Shown: piece after piece, positions 13,656-25,939 of the stretch | How positions within the stretch are numbered: the first letter of the stretch is position 1 | Layout of the letters: each line of letters starts with the position of its first letter | NCBI RefSeq assembly: GCF_006345805.1 | Contig: NC_043007.1 | Coordinates: forward strand, 69,750,001-69,814,000 | Source: Octopus sinensis | Lineage: Eukaryota | Direction: 5' to 3' | DNA length: 64,000 bases | Notes under the pieces: generated by a model | What the model was told of the DNA's origin: nothing | Databases searched by the model: none | The model's input: the letters and a program-made list of their open reading frames with translations, nothing else | Position numbers and translations under genes: made by a program

Positions 13656-14479
13656 ATTATTTCCAGCTTATAAAACAGATATTTTAGCAGTTACATATCT
13701 GTGTATTCAAACTTTCAAAATAGAGTAACTTCCCTTCCACAAGATTACACAAGCTTGCTGCAGATTTTTTTCCCCTTGGAGAAGTAGCTGTAATCATTTA
13801 ATCAGATTATGTGCTTTATTATATCTATCCATAGGGTTACCAAATGTTCTAGTTTTCACTGAGACTGTTAGTTTATCAATGTTGTCCCATATTCTGGGCT
13901 GTTTGAAATACTCTTTCGTTTTGCTGAGCCTATGCACACAAATGCATGCACACATGAAGAACATCGATTTTGGGATAAAGTAATAATGAAATAAATATAA
14001 AGTATTGACTGCTTGAAGTGGATGGAACCTGTGGAAGAGAGAGACCCAGGGGGATAAGGGATGAAATAATGAGGGCCAATCTCAAGACATTTAGCATAAC
14101 AGAGGAGATGACAGACCAAGATGTCTAGCAATATGAGTTTGAGAAAGTGCAGTGTATTGAAGGGGTCTGTCTTGCAGGTCTCACGTAAAAACATCCAGTA
14201 CACTATTAGGTGGTTGGCATTAGGACGGGCATCTAACTGTAGAAACCATGCCAGAGCAGACAGTAGAACTTGGTGCAGTCCTCTGACTTGCCAGCTCCTG
14301 TCAAATCCTCCAACCCATGCCAGTATGGAAAACAAACATTAACTAATAATGATGATGAATATTCCTTGTTCCATCCTGATAATTTAATTTGCATATTTCA
14401 TTGCTGTCATTTTTTTCTTTCTTTGGCTATGTTGTTATTGATTGTATAAATTTATTCTGGTGTTGGTGTGTCCAAGATT

Positions 14480-16340
14480 TTTATACCAATGAATAAATAT
14501 ATTGGGGTAGCTCATACCTCATATACCACTTGACTTTGCCAATGATCCATGGGAAAACAATTTGATCTATTTTTACAATTCCAGAAGATATGAACATTTA
14601 CAAAGAACTCAAGGAGTATTACTCGTTTCTAAAATATGTTATGTGGACTAGGTAAAATGCAATCAGGATTTTGCAGAGTTCTCTGAGGTACATAGAAATA
14701 GGTTAGATATCTATGACTATTTGATATCCCAAAAACACAAGACAACTGTTATTGCTAGTTTCTTATGATTAGATATTTGTTTTACAAAAGTCAACAAATT
14801 GGGACAGTTAGCGATTGCTGAAGAAGCCTCATATTTCTAATGATCTCAGTTTCAAGATGGGCAACTGTTCATCAAAATTGGTCTTAAAAAATTTTGAGTC
14901 AAAGTTTCATGTAACATGGACAAAATGTGAAGCTGATGTTTTAAATGAAAATGCACCAGTGGCTAAATCTGAGTTTGCTAAAGACCTAGTAGGAACAAAT
15001 TTTGTGACACTTTCCCAGGATACTTCAAATCAAAAAGGTTTTTAAATGATACTTTACATAATTTCATATTACATTCTTGGTCAAAGTTACAAGTTACAGG
15101 TAAGACAGCTGAGATCTTCACTAATGCTTCAGTCATAGTTATTGATAATTATACTGGGGCGATGGGAAAAGATGGATTTTGTGGAGACAAATTTTGGCAG
15201 TATAAAACATTAAAGCATTACATATTTTACCAATTAAAAACTAAACTTGGAAGAAACTTTGTTGGCATAACAGTCTCCAAACAGCTGTTGATATCAAAGC
15301 ATTTATTGTGAACATTTTTCAAACAGTTTATGTCACACAGCTGAAAGAATTTTGTGACATTGCCAGAGTGGGATACAAGAAGCTATGAGAGCATAATAAT
15401 ACCAGATTTCTTTTTTGTCAACACTTTTGATGGTTGAAAGAATTCTTTACATTTTTGCTGATTTGAAGCTGAACACTACCAAGACTGATGAAACAATTCT
15501 TTGAAAATAATTTTGGGAAAATGTATTTATGATTTGTTCATGAACAAACTGATTATGGAGACAAAGAATGACAATACTAATACAGCAGAAGTCAAACTTG
15601 GAAGGCAGCGAGCTGGCAGAAACATTAGCACACCAGGCGAAATGCTTATCGGTATTTCGTCTGCCGTTACGTTCTGAGTTCAAATTCTGCTGAGGTCGAC
15701 TTTGCCTTTCATCCTTTCAGGGTCGATGAATTAAGTACCAGTTACACATTGGGGGTCGATGTAATCGACTTAATCCGTTTGTCTGTCCTTATTCTCCCCC
15801 TCTATGTTTACCCCCTTGTGGGCAATAAAGAAATAAGTCAAACTTGGAATACGAAACCTTATTACAAATATAGAACAAAAAAAACTACAAATTTGTAACT
15901 GAAGATGCAAAGGCCTTGCTGAGAAACCTCAAAGAAAATGGTGAAATCAGTGAAAAAGTGGAGAATTTCAAAAGATCTCTCTCATACTTAGTGCTGTAAA
16001 AAGTTAACTTTAAATAGAGAGAAAATTAGGCAGAACATGACCAAGTGTTGAACAGTTTGCAATGAAGTCCAACCAATGCATTTGAAAATAATCTGCAAAT
16101 ATTGATCAATTATTTGATGAGGTTATAAAGAGATTTTTGGTTCCTAAAAAGTTTGGACACCACAAAACTAAGTGAAAAAAAAATGAAAAAATATTTTGGC
16201 TCATTACAATGAAAGACATTATAGCGTTTTCTGTAATAAATAATGGGATCTGAAAAGGGAAAAATTATGTAATGTATAGTTAAGAATCTGCTGATGACTA
16301 AAATGTACATTCCACATAGCTGTCCTGAATTTTTGGACAA
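14480..16340 (+). mobile_element. Decayed hAT-superfamily transposase, interrupted by a SINE
   Basis: DLSFKMGNCSSKLVLKNFESKFHVTWTKCEADVLNENAPVA...FVTLSQDTSNQK resembles the hAT motif SF.SMDC.S.L...F..KF.C.RTK.EAI..NVLAP...D.SN.K. Later QLKEFCD...Y.KL...TRF and ERIL motifs. Confidence 0.7.
15604..15834 (+). mobile_element. tRNA-derived SINE family A, full length, 15-bp TSD
   Basis: TSD aagtcaaacttggaa at 15589-15603 and 15835-15849. Inserted inside the hAT relic. Confidence 0.92.
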
Positions 16341-17077
16341 AATAAAAAAATTGCAATCAATTTGTTAAAAACGTAGTTCCATATGAAAAATATAAAAGTA
16401 TTGGTGATTGGATAAACATTGACAAAAATGTGTTTTAATTTATTTTTAAATGCTGCTGTGCTACTTGACACTATTTTACTTGTGTTATCAAGAGAAGAAT
16501 AGCTGCTTTGTACAATTTCTGACTCTGTTCCCCATCTCTTATTCCAACTCTCAAAGTGATAAAAGCAAATCAGATATTTTAGTTTTTCATATGTATCACT
16601 TCAGCACTTGTTAGGAACTGCCTTCATATAAGAAAACATGCAATTATGTAAACATATTTGTTATATTAACAATTACGAAAGGAGGGTTAATATATGTATA
16701 ATATTAAGCTTCCTCTCATATTTATTTTATAATAATATATCTTCCCAGACTTGAAGCAGGTAAGAAGAGAAGGCTCACTCTCCCATAATACCTGACCTAT
16801 ATGCTGAAGCCCTCAAGGCCTTGCATGATATTCCCATTGGTCCACATTTCAACTCCCACTGGTCCAAGCTTCAACTCTGAAAATTATGGGACTATTGAAG
16901 TTGAAATCAGAAATTACCATTAATAAAAAAAAATTTAATTAAAAAATTCAAACCAAGTGTTGTCAATAAATACAAAATCAGTTTCATTTTAGTAATCTGT
17001 AAAATAAACGAAGAGCAAAGCAGGAAAATATCATAATATTTATGAATAATAATAATGATAATAATAAATTAACTTAC

Positions 17078-17312
17078 CTAAACGGTTTAACATTTCCATC
17101 ATTAAGTTCTGTGGTTGTTGATAGTGACGACCATTTCTTAAGATTGGCATTGTTAGCTTTATGTGACGGAGATGTCCTAGCTGGAGGAGTTGTACTTCGG
17201 TGGGGAGCGCTATGAATACTTTCCACTGGACTTAAGTGCACTGCTTTTTTTTCCCCTCGCCGAGACGCAGACTTAAATGCAGGCTTGGAAGGCAGAATGT
17301 TATTTTGTAACA
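17078..17312 (-). CDS. EML: EML/EMAP-like basic linker exon (235 nt, phase 1-2): VLQNNILPSKPAFKSASRRGEKKAVHLSPVESIHSAPHRSTTPPARTSPSHKANNANLKKWSSLSTTTELNDGNVKPF(R)
   Basis: Acceptor tattttcttattttttag|TG and donor TTTAG|gtaagt. In phase with exon 23572. The basic S/P/T-rich composition and the LKKWSS motif fit the EML basic region. Confidence 0.88.
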
Positions 17313-17444
17313 CTAAAAAATAAGAAAATATTCTTAAAATTCAAGAAACAATAGCTAATGTGTTTTAAAATATGCATTAAAAACAGGAGGGGTACTGGTT
17401 TCCTCTGGATATTTATTCTAACTAGAGAAAATAATGAAGGTTAT

Positions 17445-17582
17445 ATCATCATCCTAGTTTACCATCCGTTTTCCATGCTGGCACTGTCCAGCCTCCAATT
17501 GTCTATTCTAGCATCTGAGGCTGGACAGCTCCTGTCAAACCATCCAACCCATGCCAGCATAGAAAACCGACATTAAATGATC
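17445..17582. repeat. Fold-back (inverted) pair of family-D 3' ends forming a hairpin
   Basis: ctgtccagcctc (17484-17495) and gaggctggacag (17517-17528) form a perfect 12-bp inverted repeat. Outer arms at 17467-17483 and 17552-17568 match 15/17. Confidence 0.8.
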
Positions 17583-19139
17583 ATTCTCATTTTTACCCAG
17601 TGAAGTATGAATTGATTGTATCTGAAATTGAAACCAAGCCAGTGACTCAATTTGTTGAGAGAGTACCTTCTACACTATAAAGTTTGTCCCACACCAATTT
17701 TTATTTTTTACACAAATACACTAATATATCAAACTTACCATGTAAATTAGAAATTACTTTTATTCCTCTAACATAATAAAAATTATTTATAAAACTGCTG
17801 AATGAGTAATTAGATCTTCTTGCACTCTTTAACCACAAATCACTTCAGAACACTTCTAAGTCTTAGCTTTATAAAAAAAAAAAACCCAGCATAAATGTTG
17901 ACTATAATATTCCATATTCATTTAGAATACATTTTTTTTTTTTACCTCAGAGCACCTTCTTCCATCCCAACTCTAACAAGGAGTAAAAGTATTATATATA
18001 ATTTAGCAACTTCAATACGCATGCCTTACGAGTGATTATGAGACAAAGAACAGAAATTATGATAAAGGTGGTATTGCATAAGGTCAGTGTTTATAGACAA
18101 TGGCTAGAGTTGATGGATTTGGCATTATCATATTACTGTTGTGATTCTAGAGAGATGAACAACAAAGTCATTCCAGTTAATATTTGGACTCAGAATTAGA
18201 GGGATGAGATTAAATCTTGTAAAGCATTAAGATCAGTTTTCAATTATTTCCACAAACTTGCCACATTAAAGCTGACAGTAAAATTATTTTTATTCCTTAC
18301 AATTTGAACAATGTGCTCTATGTTGTCTGAAATTTAGTATGTGCAGTAATGGTGTTTAATTTATTGCTGTTATATAGTGTTTTGAGATGATGTACAGTTA
18401 TTACCCTTTCCATCACTTCGACTTCATTGGTAATTTTATGAATTTCAAACCACAATTTGTGGACAATAGCCTCACTAGTTTCTAACAGGCCAATATGAGA
18501 CAATGCACTGGTTTCTAGTCCCCACCTCCCACTTCATGCCACTTGTTCCCATCTTTCAGCATGTTTACTATCACTGTTATGGAAGTCCAAAGATTCTCTA
18601 GTTGTAGGTATATAAGATTTGAAGTACAATTAAAAATATGCAATGGTATATAAGTTACTTGTTGGTTATCTACAATACAAATATTATATTTAAGTCTATA
18701 TTTGGGTCCAAGAACTCTGTGCTATATAAATCCTTGTTGATAGGATTTAATGAACAGGTACAAAGTGCCTGAGAGAAACCAAGATTCATTCATTGACTCT
18801 AAAAAAATTGGCATCATTTGTCTTAAGGTGACCAACAACCTGAACACAGGAAGACAATAGCATTCCTGAGCACAATCTTCATTAATATGTTTGCATGTTA
18901 AGTAATCAAATACATCTTACATAGTTACTGCTGTTTATTAATATATATGTAATTCTAGGGCACTGTACCAGTTTACAGCAAATTTTTAAGTATCTGCTAT
19001 TTAAGGTTTAGGAAATATTACTTCAGATCTATTTCAAAAATTTTTTTTCAAATGAAAACAGTTGGAGAGTTTTTTTGGTAGAACTGCAAGATTATTAACA
19101 TTTTCATCATTAAGCTCATGGTCATTGATAGTTATGACC

Positions 19140-20410
19140 ATATAAGATTCAGCTATTATAGTTTGATAACTGCAGGAGACATATTTAGCAAATACAGGAG
19201 ACTGTACTTAGCATTAGTTAACCTAGAGAAAACATTTGCCAGGGTGCCTTGATTTCTTGTCTGGTGGTTGCTGCAAAAGCAAGGACTAGATGAATGGTTA
19301 GTGAGAGCTGTTCAAGGCATGTACAGAAATGCTGTTAGCAAAGTGAATGTTAATAAGTACAGCAACGAATTTAGTGTGCAGGTAGGAGTTCATCAGGGTT
19401 CAATTGTCAAAGCCTCCTTATACTTTTCCAGGATATAACAGAGAAATTTAAGCCTGGTTGCCCATGGCAACTCCTCTATGCTAATGACTTTTGTCCTTAT
19501 AGCTTAAATTGCAGAAGAATTAAGTTTCCAAATGTAAAATCAAAACCTGGAATCAAAAAGGGTCTTAAAGTTAACTTAGCAAAGATCCAAATTCCAATTA
19601 ACAGGAAAACAGAGAGGACACTAATTCCCTCAAGTAAATGGCCCTGTTCCATATATAGATAAGGTGTAGGTAGGAATTTCATACAGTGTGTTCAGTGTAG
19701 AGTATGGACACATAAGATATGCAATGGAATTATAGGAGGGTTAACAGAGAATGTAGAATATGTTTGGGGCAGATGTGCAGGGACAATAAAGAAGAGCACA
19801 TAGGAAATGGATCTAAAATGCTCAAGCAACTCTCTAAAAGTACTAGATAGTGTTTGTTTTCAAAGTAATTTAATTAGCAGTGGAGGAGGTTGCTCTGAAA
19901 ATATGCTATCTAAAATATGAAGTCATTGTAGAAAGTTCAGAGCACTTCTACCTCCTGCTGATAGCAAAAGGCCACTTTTTCAGAACAATGGTTGATTGTA
20001 TGATGCCTGTGTACAAACAGCAGTGCTATATGGTTGTGAAACTTAGGCTGTACATGTAGAGGAAAGAAATGAAGCTAACATGCTCTAACAGATGTACAAT
20101 GTCAGAGTGCATGTATGACAAACTACAAATGTGTTGAGAGAAAAATTGGGCGTAAGATGTATCAGATATGGTGTGCAGAAGAGAAGACTGTGCTGGTATG
20201 GTCATGTGATGTGGATGGATGAGGACAATAATATAAAGTGTTAATCTCTAAATGTGGAAGGTACCTGTGGAAGACCTAGATTTAGGAAGATGTGGGATGA
20301 AGTGATGAAAACTGGCCTCAAGATGTTGTTCCTCTCAGAGGAGATGATGGGGAACCAAGATGAATGGCAATATACTATGCTCCAAAAGATTCATCCATCT
20401 CAGTCGAATT
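19140..20410 (+). mobile_element. Decayed RTE LINE (RT to 3' end)
   Basis: NLEKTFARVP..LVWWLLQKQGLDEWLVRAVQGMY; VGVHQGS; LYAND; RLCWYGHVMWMDED; GTCGRPRFRKMWDEV. Confidence 0.9.
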
Positions 20411-20569
20411 GAGGCTCTACAAAGCCTTCCCCCCTCAGCTCATCTAACACCCACTTTCCATCAGTCTTCTATGTTACCCTCTTTCCTTTCTTCATCTCCC
20501 TCTGCTGAACTAATATCCTCTGTGTCCAACTCATTCCCTATCTCTAATCATTTGTCACACTACATTATT

Positions 20570-20812
20570 TACATTTGAAGGATATTTGTGCTCATCTTGT
20601 TTGTTGTTAACACAACGTTTTGGCTAATATACCCTCCAGCCTTCAAGTGTCTTGGGGAAATTTCGAACCTAGGTTCTCATTCCTAAGGTATTTTTCAATA
20701 TTATTATTATTACTACTATTATTATTATTCAGGTCATTGCCTGGAATCGAACTAGGAATCTTGGGGTTAGTAGCCCACGCTCTTAACCACTATGTCATAT
20801 GCCCGTGGGCCA
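20570..20812 (-). mobile_element. Terminal region of the Penelope-like element: tRNA-like head, (AAT)n, decayed hammerhead-like segment
   Basis: catagtggttaagagcg...tagttcgattccagg (A/B boxes), then (AAT)n, then acacttgaAGGCTGgagggtataTTAGCCaaaacg. Confidence 0.6.
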
Positions 20813-20829
20813 TTATGGTGTGAATTTTA

Positions 20830-21217
20830 GGGCTTATAAATCTAACATTCTCCTATCCTACCTTAATACCAGTTCCCATATGCTGTTCATATCCACACTC
20901 AGTCTGCTTAGGAGGTTGTTGTATCCTAGCATATGTGATAAGCTATACCCAATTTATCAATATCTCCCCATGTTACAGATTTGCGATGTTCCTCTACCCT
21001 TATTTTGAAGGGGCGACATGTTTCGCCTTTGTATAACCTACCACAGTTGCATGGGATGGAGTACATGCAGTTCTTGGTCATATTCTCTTCTATTGGTGGT
21101 TTTACTCGAAGGAGATATTTGCAAAGTGGTGTATTACTTTTGAATACTGTCCTAATGTCATATGGGCTGCATATCTTTTGTATTTTTTCAGAGTCCTTTC
21201 ACATAGGGTAGACAGAC
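20830..21217 (-). mobile_element. Penelope-like element fragment (GIY-YIG endonuclease)
   Basis: LPYVKGL/SEKIQKICSPYDIRTVFKSNTPLCKYLLRVKPPIEENMTKNCMYSIPCNCGRLYKGETCRPFKIRVEEHRK; apparent internal deletion, then HMLGYNNLLSRLSVDMNSIWE. Confidence 0.85.
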
Positions 21218-22299
21218 TGTTGGCATTAGGAAAGGCATCCAACTGCAGAAACCATGCTGAAGCAAATGCTGAATTTGATGCGGCCCTCTGATTCATCTTT
21301 TGTGAAGCCATCCAACCCATGCCAGCATGGAAAAGAGGACATTAAATGATAATGATACAAAGTGTGAAATAGTTCTTGGGGTAAGACTAGAAGAAGCCAG
21401 TCAAGTAAAAAGAGGCCAAAAAGTAAATGTGATTCTATATCAGATTTCAAATAGGTATTGCCATTTTCAGTGATAGAGCAAGCATAAGTTTTGAAGTTTT
21501 ATACACTATCTGGTTGTTCAAATCTCACCAGTGCAATGAAATCTATACGAATCATGTCAATTCCAAACAAACTATACACCATTCCCCAATACATTTATGG
21601 CCAGGTGCCAATATAAGAAACTGTTATAAAAGTAACACAATATGTGTTAGAAGCTGACAGATCAAATTGTTTAAGGAAACAAAATTACAACTTAATATTT
21701 GGGTTTTTATAAGCAGGAGAACTCACTGATTGCATACTACATACAAACAATACAACATAATAATATAAAAATAAATTACAATATTCACTGGAGCAGAATT
21801 TTATAAAGATAGACACAGATACAAAAAAGGAAAAGAAACAAAGACGAGGTAATTTTAGAGCAATACTCAAAAAGATAATGTACACAGCAAGCAATAATTT
21901 GAATTTGTTCAAAGATTAAGGTGAGAAGGTTGCTTTTATTGTTCTCTTTGATCTACAGTTAAAATGAGAAGCAGTAAATATTTTACTTATAACATCAAAT
22001 TCAGGTAGGGTCTTTTTTTGTCTATCATTATTATTACAGCCACAATCTTTATCATCATCAGACAACGTCAGATTGTAAAGTAGGCCCTTTATAAAAACCA
22101 GAAGGAGCTAAATTATTACTTGCAAGACAAATCAATTCTTCCTTCTAGTACTGTATATGAGTCAATATTTAATTTCATTGCATGAGGTGTACTGGTTCCA
22201 CCAGTCTATTTTGGACTGAAAGATTTATTTCTTTAAAGAACAGCTCCTTTCTTAGTTACTAATTAAGTAAGAAAGTAAGAGTTGAAAGCATCCTAATAA

Positions 22300-22515
22300 T
22301 CCTTTCTACTAAAGGCACAAGGCCTGAAATTTGGGAGAGGTGGGTTAGTCAATTACATCGACCCCAGTACATAACTGGTACTTATTTCATCAACCCTGAA
22401 AGGATGACAAGCAAAGTTGACCATGGCCAAATTTGAACTCAGGATGTCAAGACGGATGAAATGCCGCTAAGCATTTTGCCTGGCATGCTGACAATTCTGC
22501 CAGCTCACCACCTTA
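22300..22515 (-). mobile_element. SINE family A copy
   Basis: Reverse complement of the family A head and core. Confidence 0.8.
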
Positions 22516-23571
22516 AAGTATTCTAATAATGTCAGGTTTGAATCTCAGACAAGGTTTAAAATGTTACTCCAATGAGATCATGCATTTTACTTGAGTGAAA
22601 GTATAGCTTTATTGCCTTCCAAGTAACTCCATGAAATCTCTCATATTGACCATTGTCAATAAGGTAATAAATGTATAATCACTCAATTGCATAGAAAAGA
22701 GAAAAACTCACAAACTTCAAAGAGATTAACTCAATCAGAATGTGCCAGAGACAGATTTCCAAAAATAGCAAAAAGTGAGGACATGTGATTTGTCAAAGTG
22801 ACTCTGGTAATATCTTTGCAGGTGTAATATGTGAAAATTCATATATGACAGTTTACATGTATTTGTTTAGAGTAACAAAAATTTTTAATCCTATGAAGTC
22901 AATGGATGTCATGTAAAAGAACAAATGGCTTTAATCAGCTTAAAAATAAAAGAAAGATTTCAGTTTGCAACAAGTTCAGCAAGTTCCAGATTTTATAAAC
23001 ATTTTCCAATGTGAAGGAGTGATTGTTTTCATAAATTTGTGAGACGACAAAGATCTTGTTGAAGCTTAGTGATAGAAAAATAGATAAGTTTTGAAGGCCT
23101 GGTCAGTATAAAATTTCAGCCATAAACCATTAGTTCATACCACAACATAGGTATTTTGTCATTCTACATTTTCCCAAAATTTTTATTATCAATCCTGAAT
23201 GATACTGCTTTGTTGAGATTAGTCAAGACTAAAACTAATTGAACAAAAGGGTTTAACTTAATATAACAAACCGAATTTTAAAATGATGGCTCACTGAGTT
23301 AGTGCTGATGGCCTGTCAACAAATTATACTAAAAATTTTAATCCTGCCAAAATGAAGTTGAAATCAGAACAAGTGAAATATTGGAATAAGTGATTAGAAA
23401 GTGGAGACTGGTGAAATAAGAAACAATGTTCCCTTAGTTTAATATCTGTGTCTTAATTCTTCTTGTAAACTATAGAACTTCATTGGAACATATTTCTATT
23501 ACAATTTGTTAATACATCTGTGAATAATTTTTAGATAATAGATTCAAATACAAACCCATAAATTGGCTTAC

Positions 23572-23724
23572 CTTTACCAGATTCCTGGACCTGGTTTAGT
23601 TTGCGAATCACATCAGCAAGGGCACTTTTAAGGCAAACTATTTCATCCCCTTGCAGTTGTACTTTCTTTTCTAAAATTGCAACTCGTTCACTTAAGGTTT
23701 CTTGATCTTGATCAAGTAATCCAT
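23572..23724 (-). CDS. EML: EML/EMAP-like trimerisation coiled-coil exon (153 nt, phase 1-1): GLLDQDQETLSERVAILEKKVQLQGDEIVCLKSALADVIRKLNQVQESGK
   Basis: Acceptor ctctttttaactatttcag|AT and donor AAAG|gtaagc. The peptide matches the EML N-terminal coiled coil (vertebrate EML4-type DRLSALESRVQQQEDEITVLKAALADVLRRL, recalled). Missed by the ORF track. Confidence 0.92.
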
Positions 23725-25629
23725 CTGAAATAGTTAAAAAGAGAATTGCAAAACAAAGGTGTAAAAAGTTTAGATAATTTGAAATATCTTAAATAATATA
23801 CATACAAGGACACTCAATGTTTGTGCCTGTTTATAAATTAAATTTTGTATAAGAAACCAAAACACTTAAACATAAGTATCACAAAAGCAGAGTGAAAGAA
23901 TGCCAGGTACAAACATAACTTGAGAAACTTATGAGAACAATTTCCATTCCAGTTGTAGGTGTAATAAACAGTCCCTTTGGATATATTGTTGTCATGGCAG
24001 AATTGATGTTTCCCAACATTAAAGATTTTTTCTTTTTGAACTGACAAATATTTTCTAATAATTATATATTTTTGTACATCTTGGAAGAGAAATACAAAGT
24101 TGTAGGCAAGTGTTCCAACATCTCTCTCTGCAATGTAAACTATGATGTTTGTTTAATATTTTTACTTAAATAATGTTTAAAAATACTTTGGTGCATACCA
24201 GCCCCACAAAAACTTAAAGCAGTCACTCAGCCCTTTTTATCATTTTTCTTCTTTTTTAATTGGCACATGTTTTAAGTCCTGAATCTTAAAAGAGGTAACA
24301 CCTAATAAAGTCAGCCATGTGAGATGTTCTTTGAATGTCTACGTCAATACCTCTTCAGGCTGAGATTAGGAATGCTTAACAACTTCTGTGAACATTGTAG
24401 CAACTTTATCACATGAAGCATGGTATCACTGGTGTGCATGTGAATGTGTTCTGTTTGGCATGTTAAAAGATCTTCTGAACCCAAATTACAGACAGACTTG
24501 ATAAATTCAAATGGATCTAAAGCAGCAAAATTCCTGCATGTTGGATTAGATATTAAAAGGAATTGTGGCACTTGCTTTATGTCCTGAGATTCAGGACTTA
24601 AAATGTGCCAATTTTTTAAAAGATGAGGTATGAGATTCAGTGCTATGTGGAACAGGTTGAGCAACTTCTTTAAATTTTGTGGGGATTGTATGCAGCAAAA
24701 TATTTTTAAGCATCATTTGTTTAAGTTAAAACAAACATCCTGAAAAGCTCCTATACAAAAGTTAATTTACTTCAGTTTACATAACAGAAATGTTTAGACA
24801 TTCGTTTGTCTAAAACATTCTTTCTGTTCCATGATGGACAAATGTATATAATTATTAGAAAATCTTTGATATATATTAACTAAAATGACTGCAGTGTGGA
24901 TGACATGATTTACCCATTCAGAAACACACAATGACCATTAAACTTCACTTAATTATTGTTTGGAATATGGTGTCAAAACTTTAATCACTCAAAACTGTGA
25001 CCATACTGCAATCATTTTAGTTTCAACACAGTCTCAGATCAAAAGTACTTGCCATGTAAGTATATCTCTGTAATATTACTAACGGTTTCAAAAAAAGGAT
25101 AAACAAATCTTTTAATCTATAGAAAATTAAGACTAATGTTTTAAAATGTCATATTAGGTCAAACTAATACTTTTCATATAATCACATAATCTCTAATAAG
25201 CAAAAGAGAATATATTATTTAATCAATGAAATATGGATTAGAAGCCTCAGATTAACAACAGCATCAACAATTCGCACATCTGACTTGAACTACATTCCTA
25301 TTACCAAATAATTTCACAAGATTACACATGAGAGTCTTTGAAAAGAAAAGGTTTGCCTTTGAAAATCCCACATGTGTGTAGATAGGTTTGTGTAGTTTTG
25401 GAAACATCTCGTGTGTAGTTTCAAGAAATTACTACTCGATTTGAAATTTTGGATTTAAGATTTTGCTATGTTTTATCATATTAATGAATTTGTGTATTCT
25501 ATTTCGCTAGCATTTTCCTTGTTTCTGCTGAGATCCTTGCATCTGACTCCTGCAGGTTAACTGTTCTTACATCTTACATGCAGCTTTTCATTTTCAGAAT
25601 CAATGAACCATAATTATCAGTTTCTTTAA

Positions 25630-25843
25630 CCCTTTCGTTACTGTATTTATTTTGAGATGCTCTGTGTTTCTTTCAATTACTTTAAATATAACAAAGAATT
25701 TAGTAAAATAACTTAGTTATCCTTCAACTAGTGTTAGGAAAATAAATTGTGATTAAGGTTTGGTGGAAGATTTTAATTCAAAACTTATGAAAGCAAGACA
25801 TTTGTACCCAGAGCCGGTTTCAGCCGGGTTGATAACGAAAGGG
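25630..25843 (+). mobile_element. piggyBac-type MITE, copy 1
   Basis: TTAA|CCCTTTCGTTA ... TAACGAAAGGG|TTAA: TIRs plus a TTAA target duplication. Confidence 0.85.
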
Positions 25844-25939
25844 TTAAGCTGACTCCAGGTTTCCTTCCTAACCATATCACACTGAAGACCTTGATGCATT
25901 GGTTCTTCATCAAGATCGGCAGTGCCTTTTTCTCTCAAA

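Noticed and set aside
13359-13728. 100-120-aa ORFs
   Set aside because: Pure TA/TG microsatellite translation. The same applies to ORFs near 45149, 47490, 54431 and 55614.
17739-17767. Microexon with strong gtaagt donor
   Set aside because: The natural TAG acceptor gives 29 nt (frameshift). The in-frame 27-nt version needs a disfavoured GAG acceptor.
17946-17972. 27-nt microexon (ttgttag|...GAG|gtaaaa) between the coil and linker exons
   Set aside because: In the required phase 1 it contains an in-frame TGA, and the donor is weak.
23840-24760. Mutator/MULE transposase relic (WHVKR-like and YYTYN-like motifs)
   Set aside because: The motifs fall on opposite strands and are too short and degenerate to support a call.
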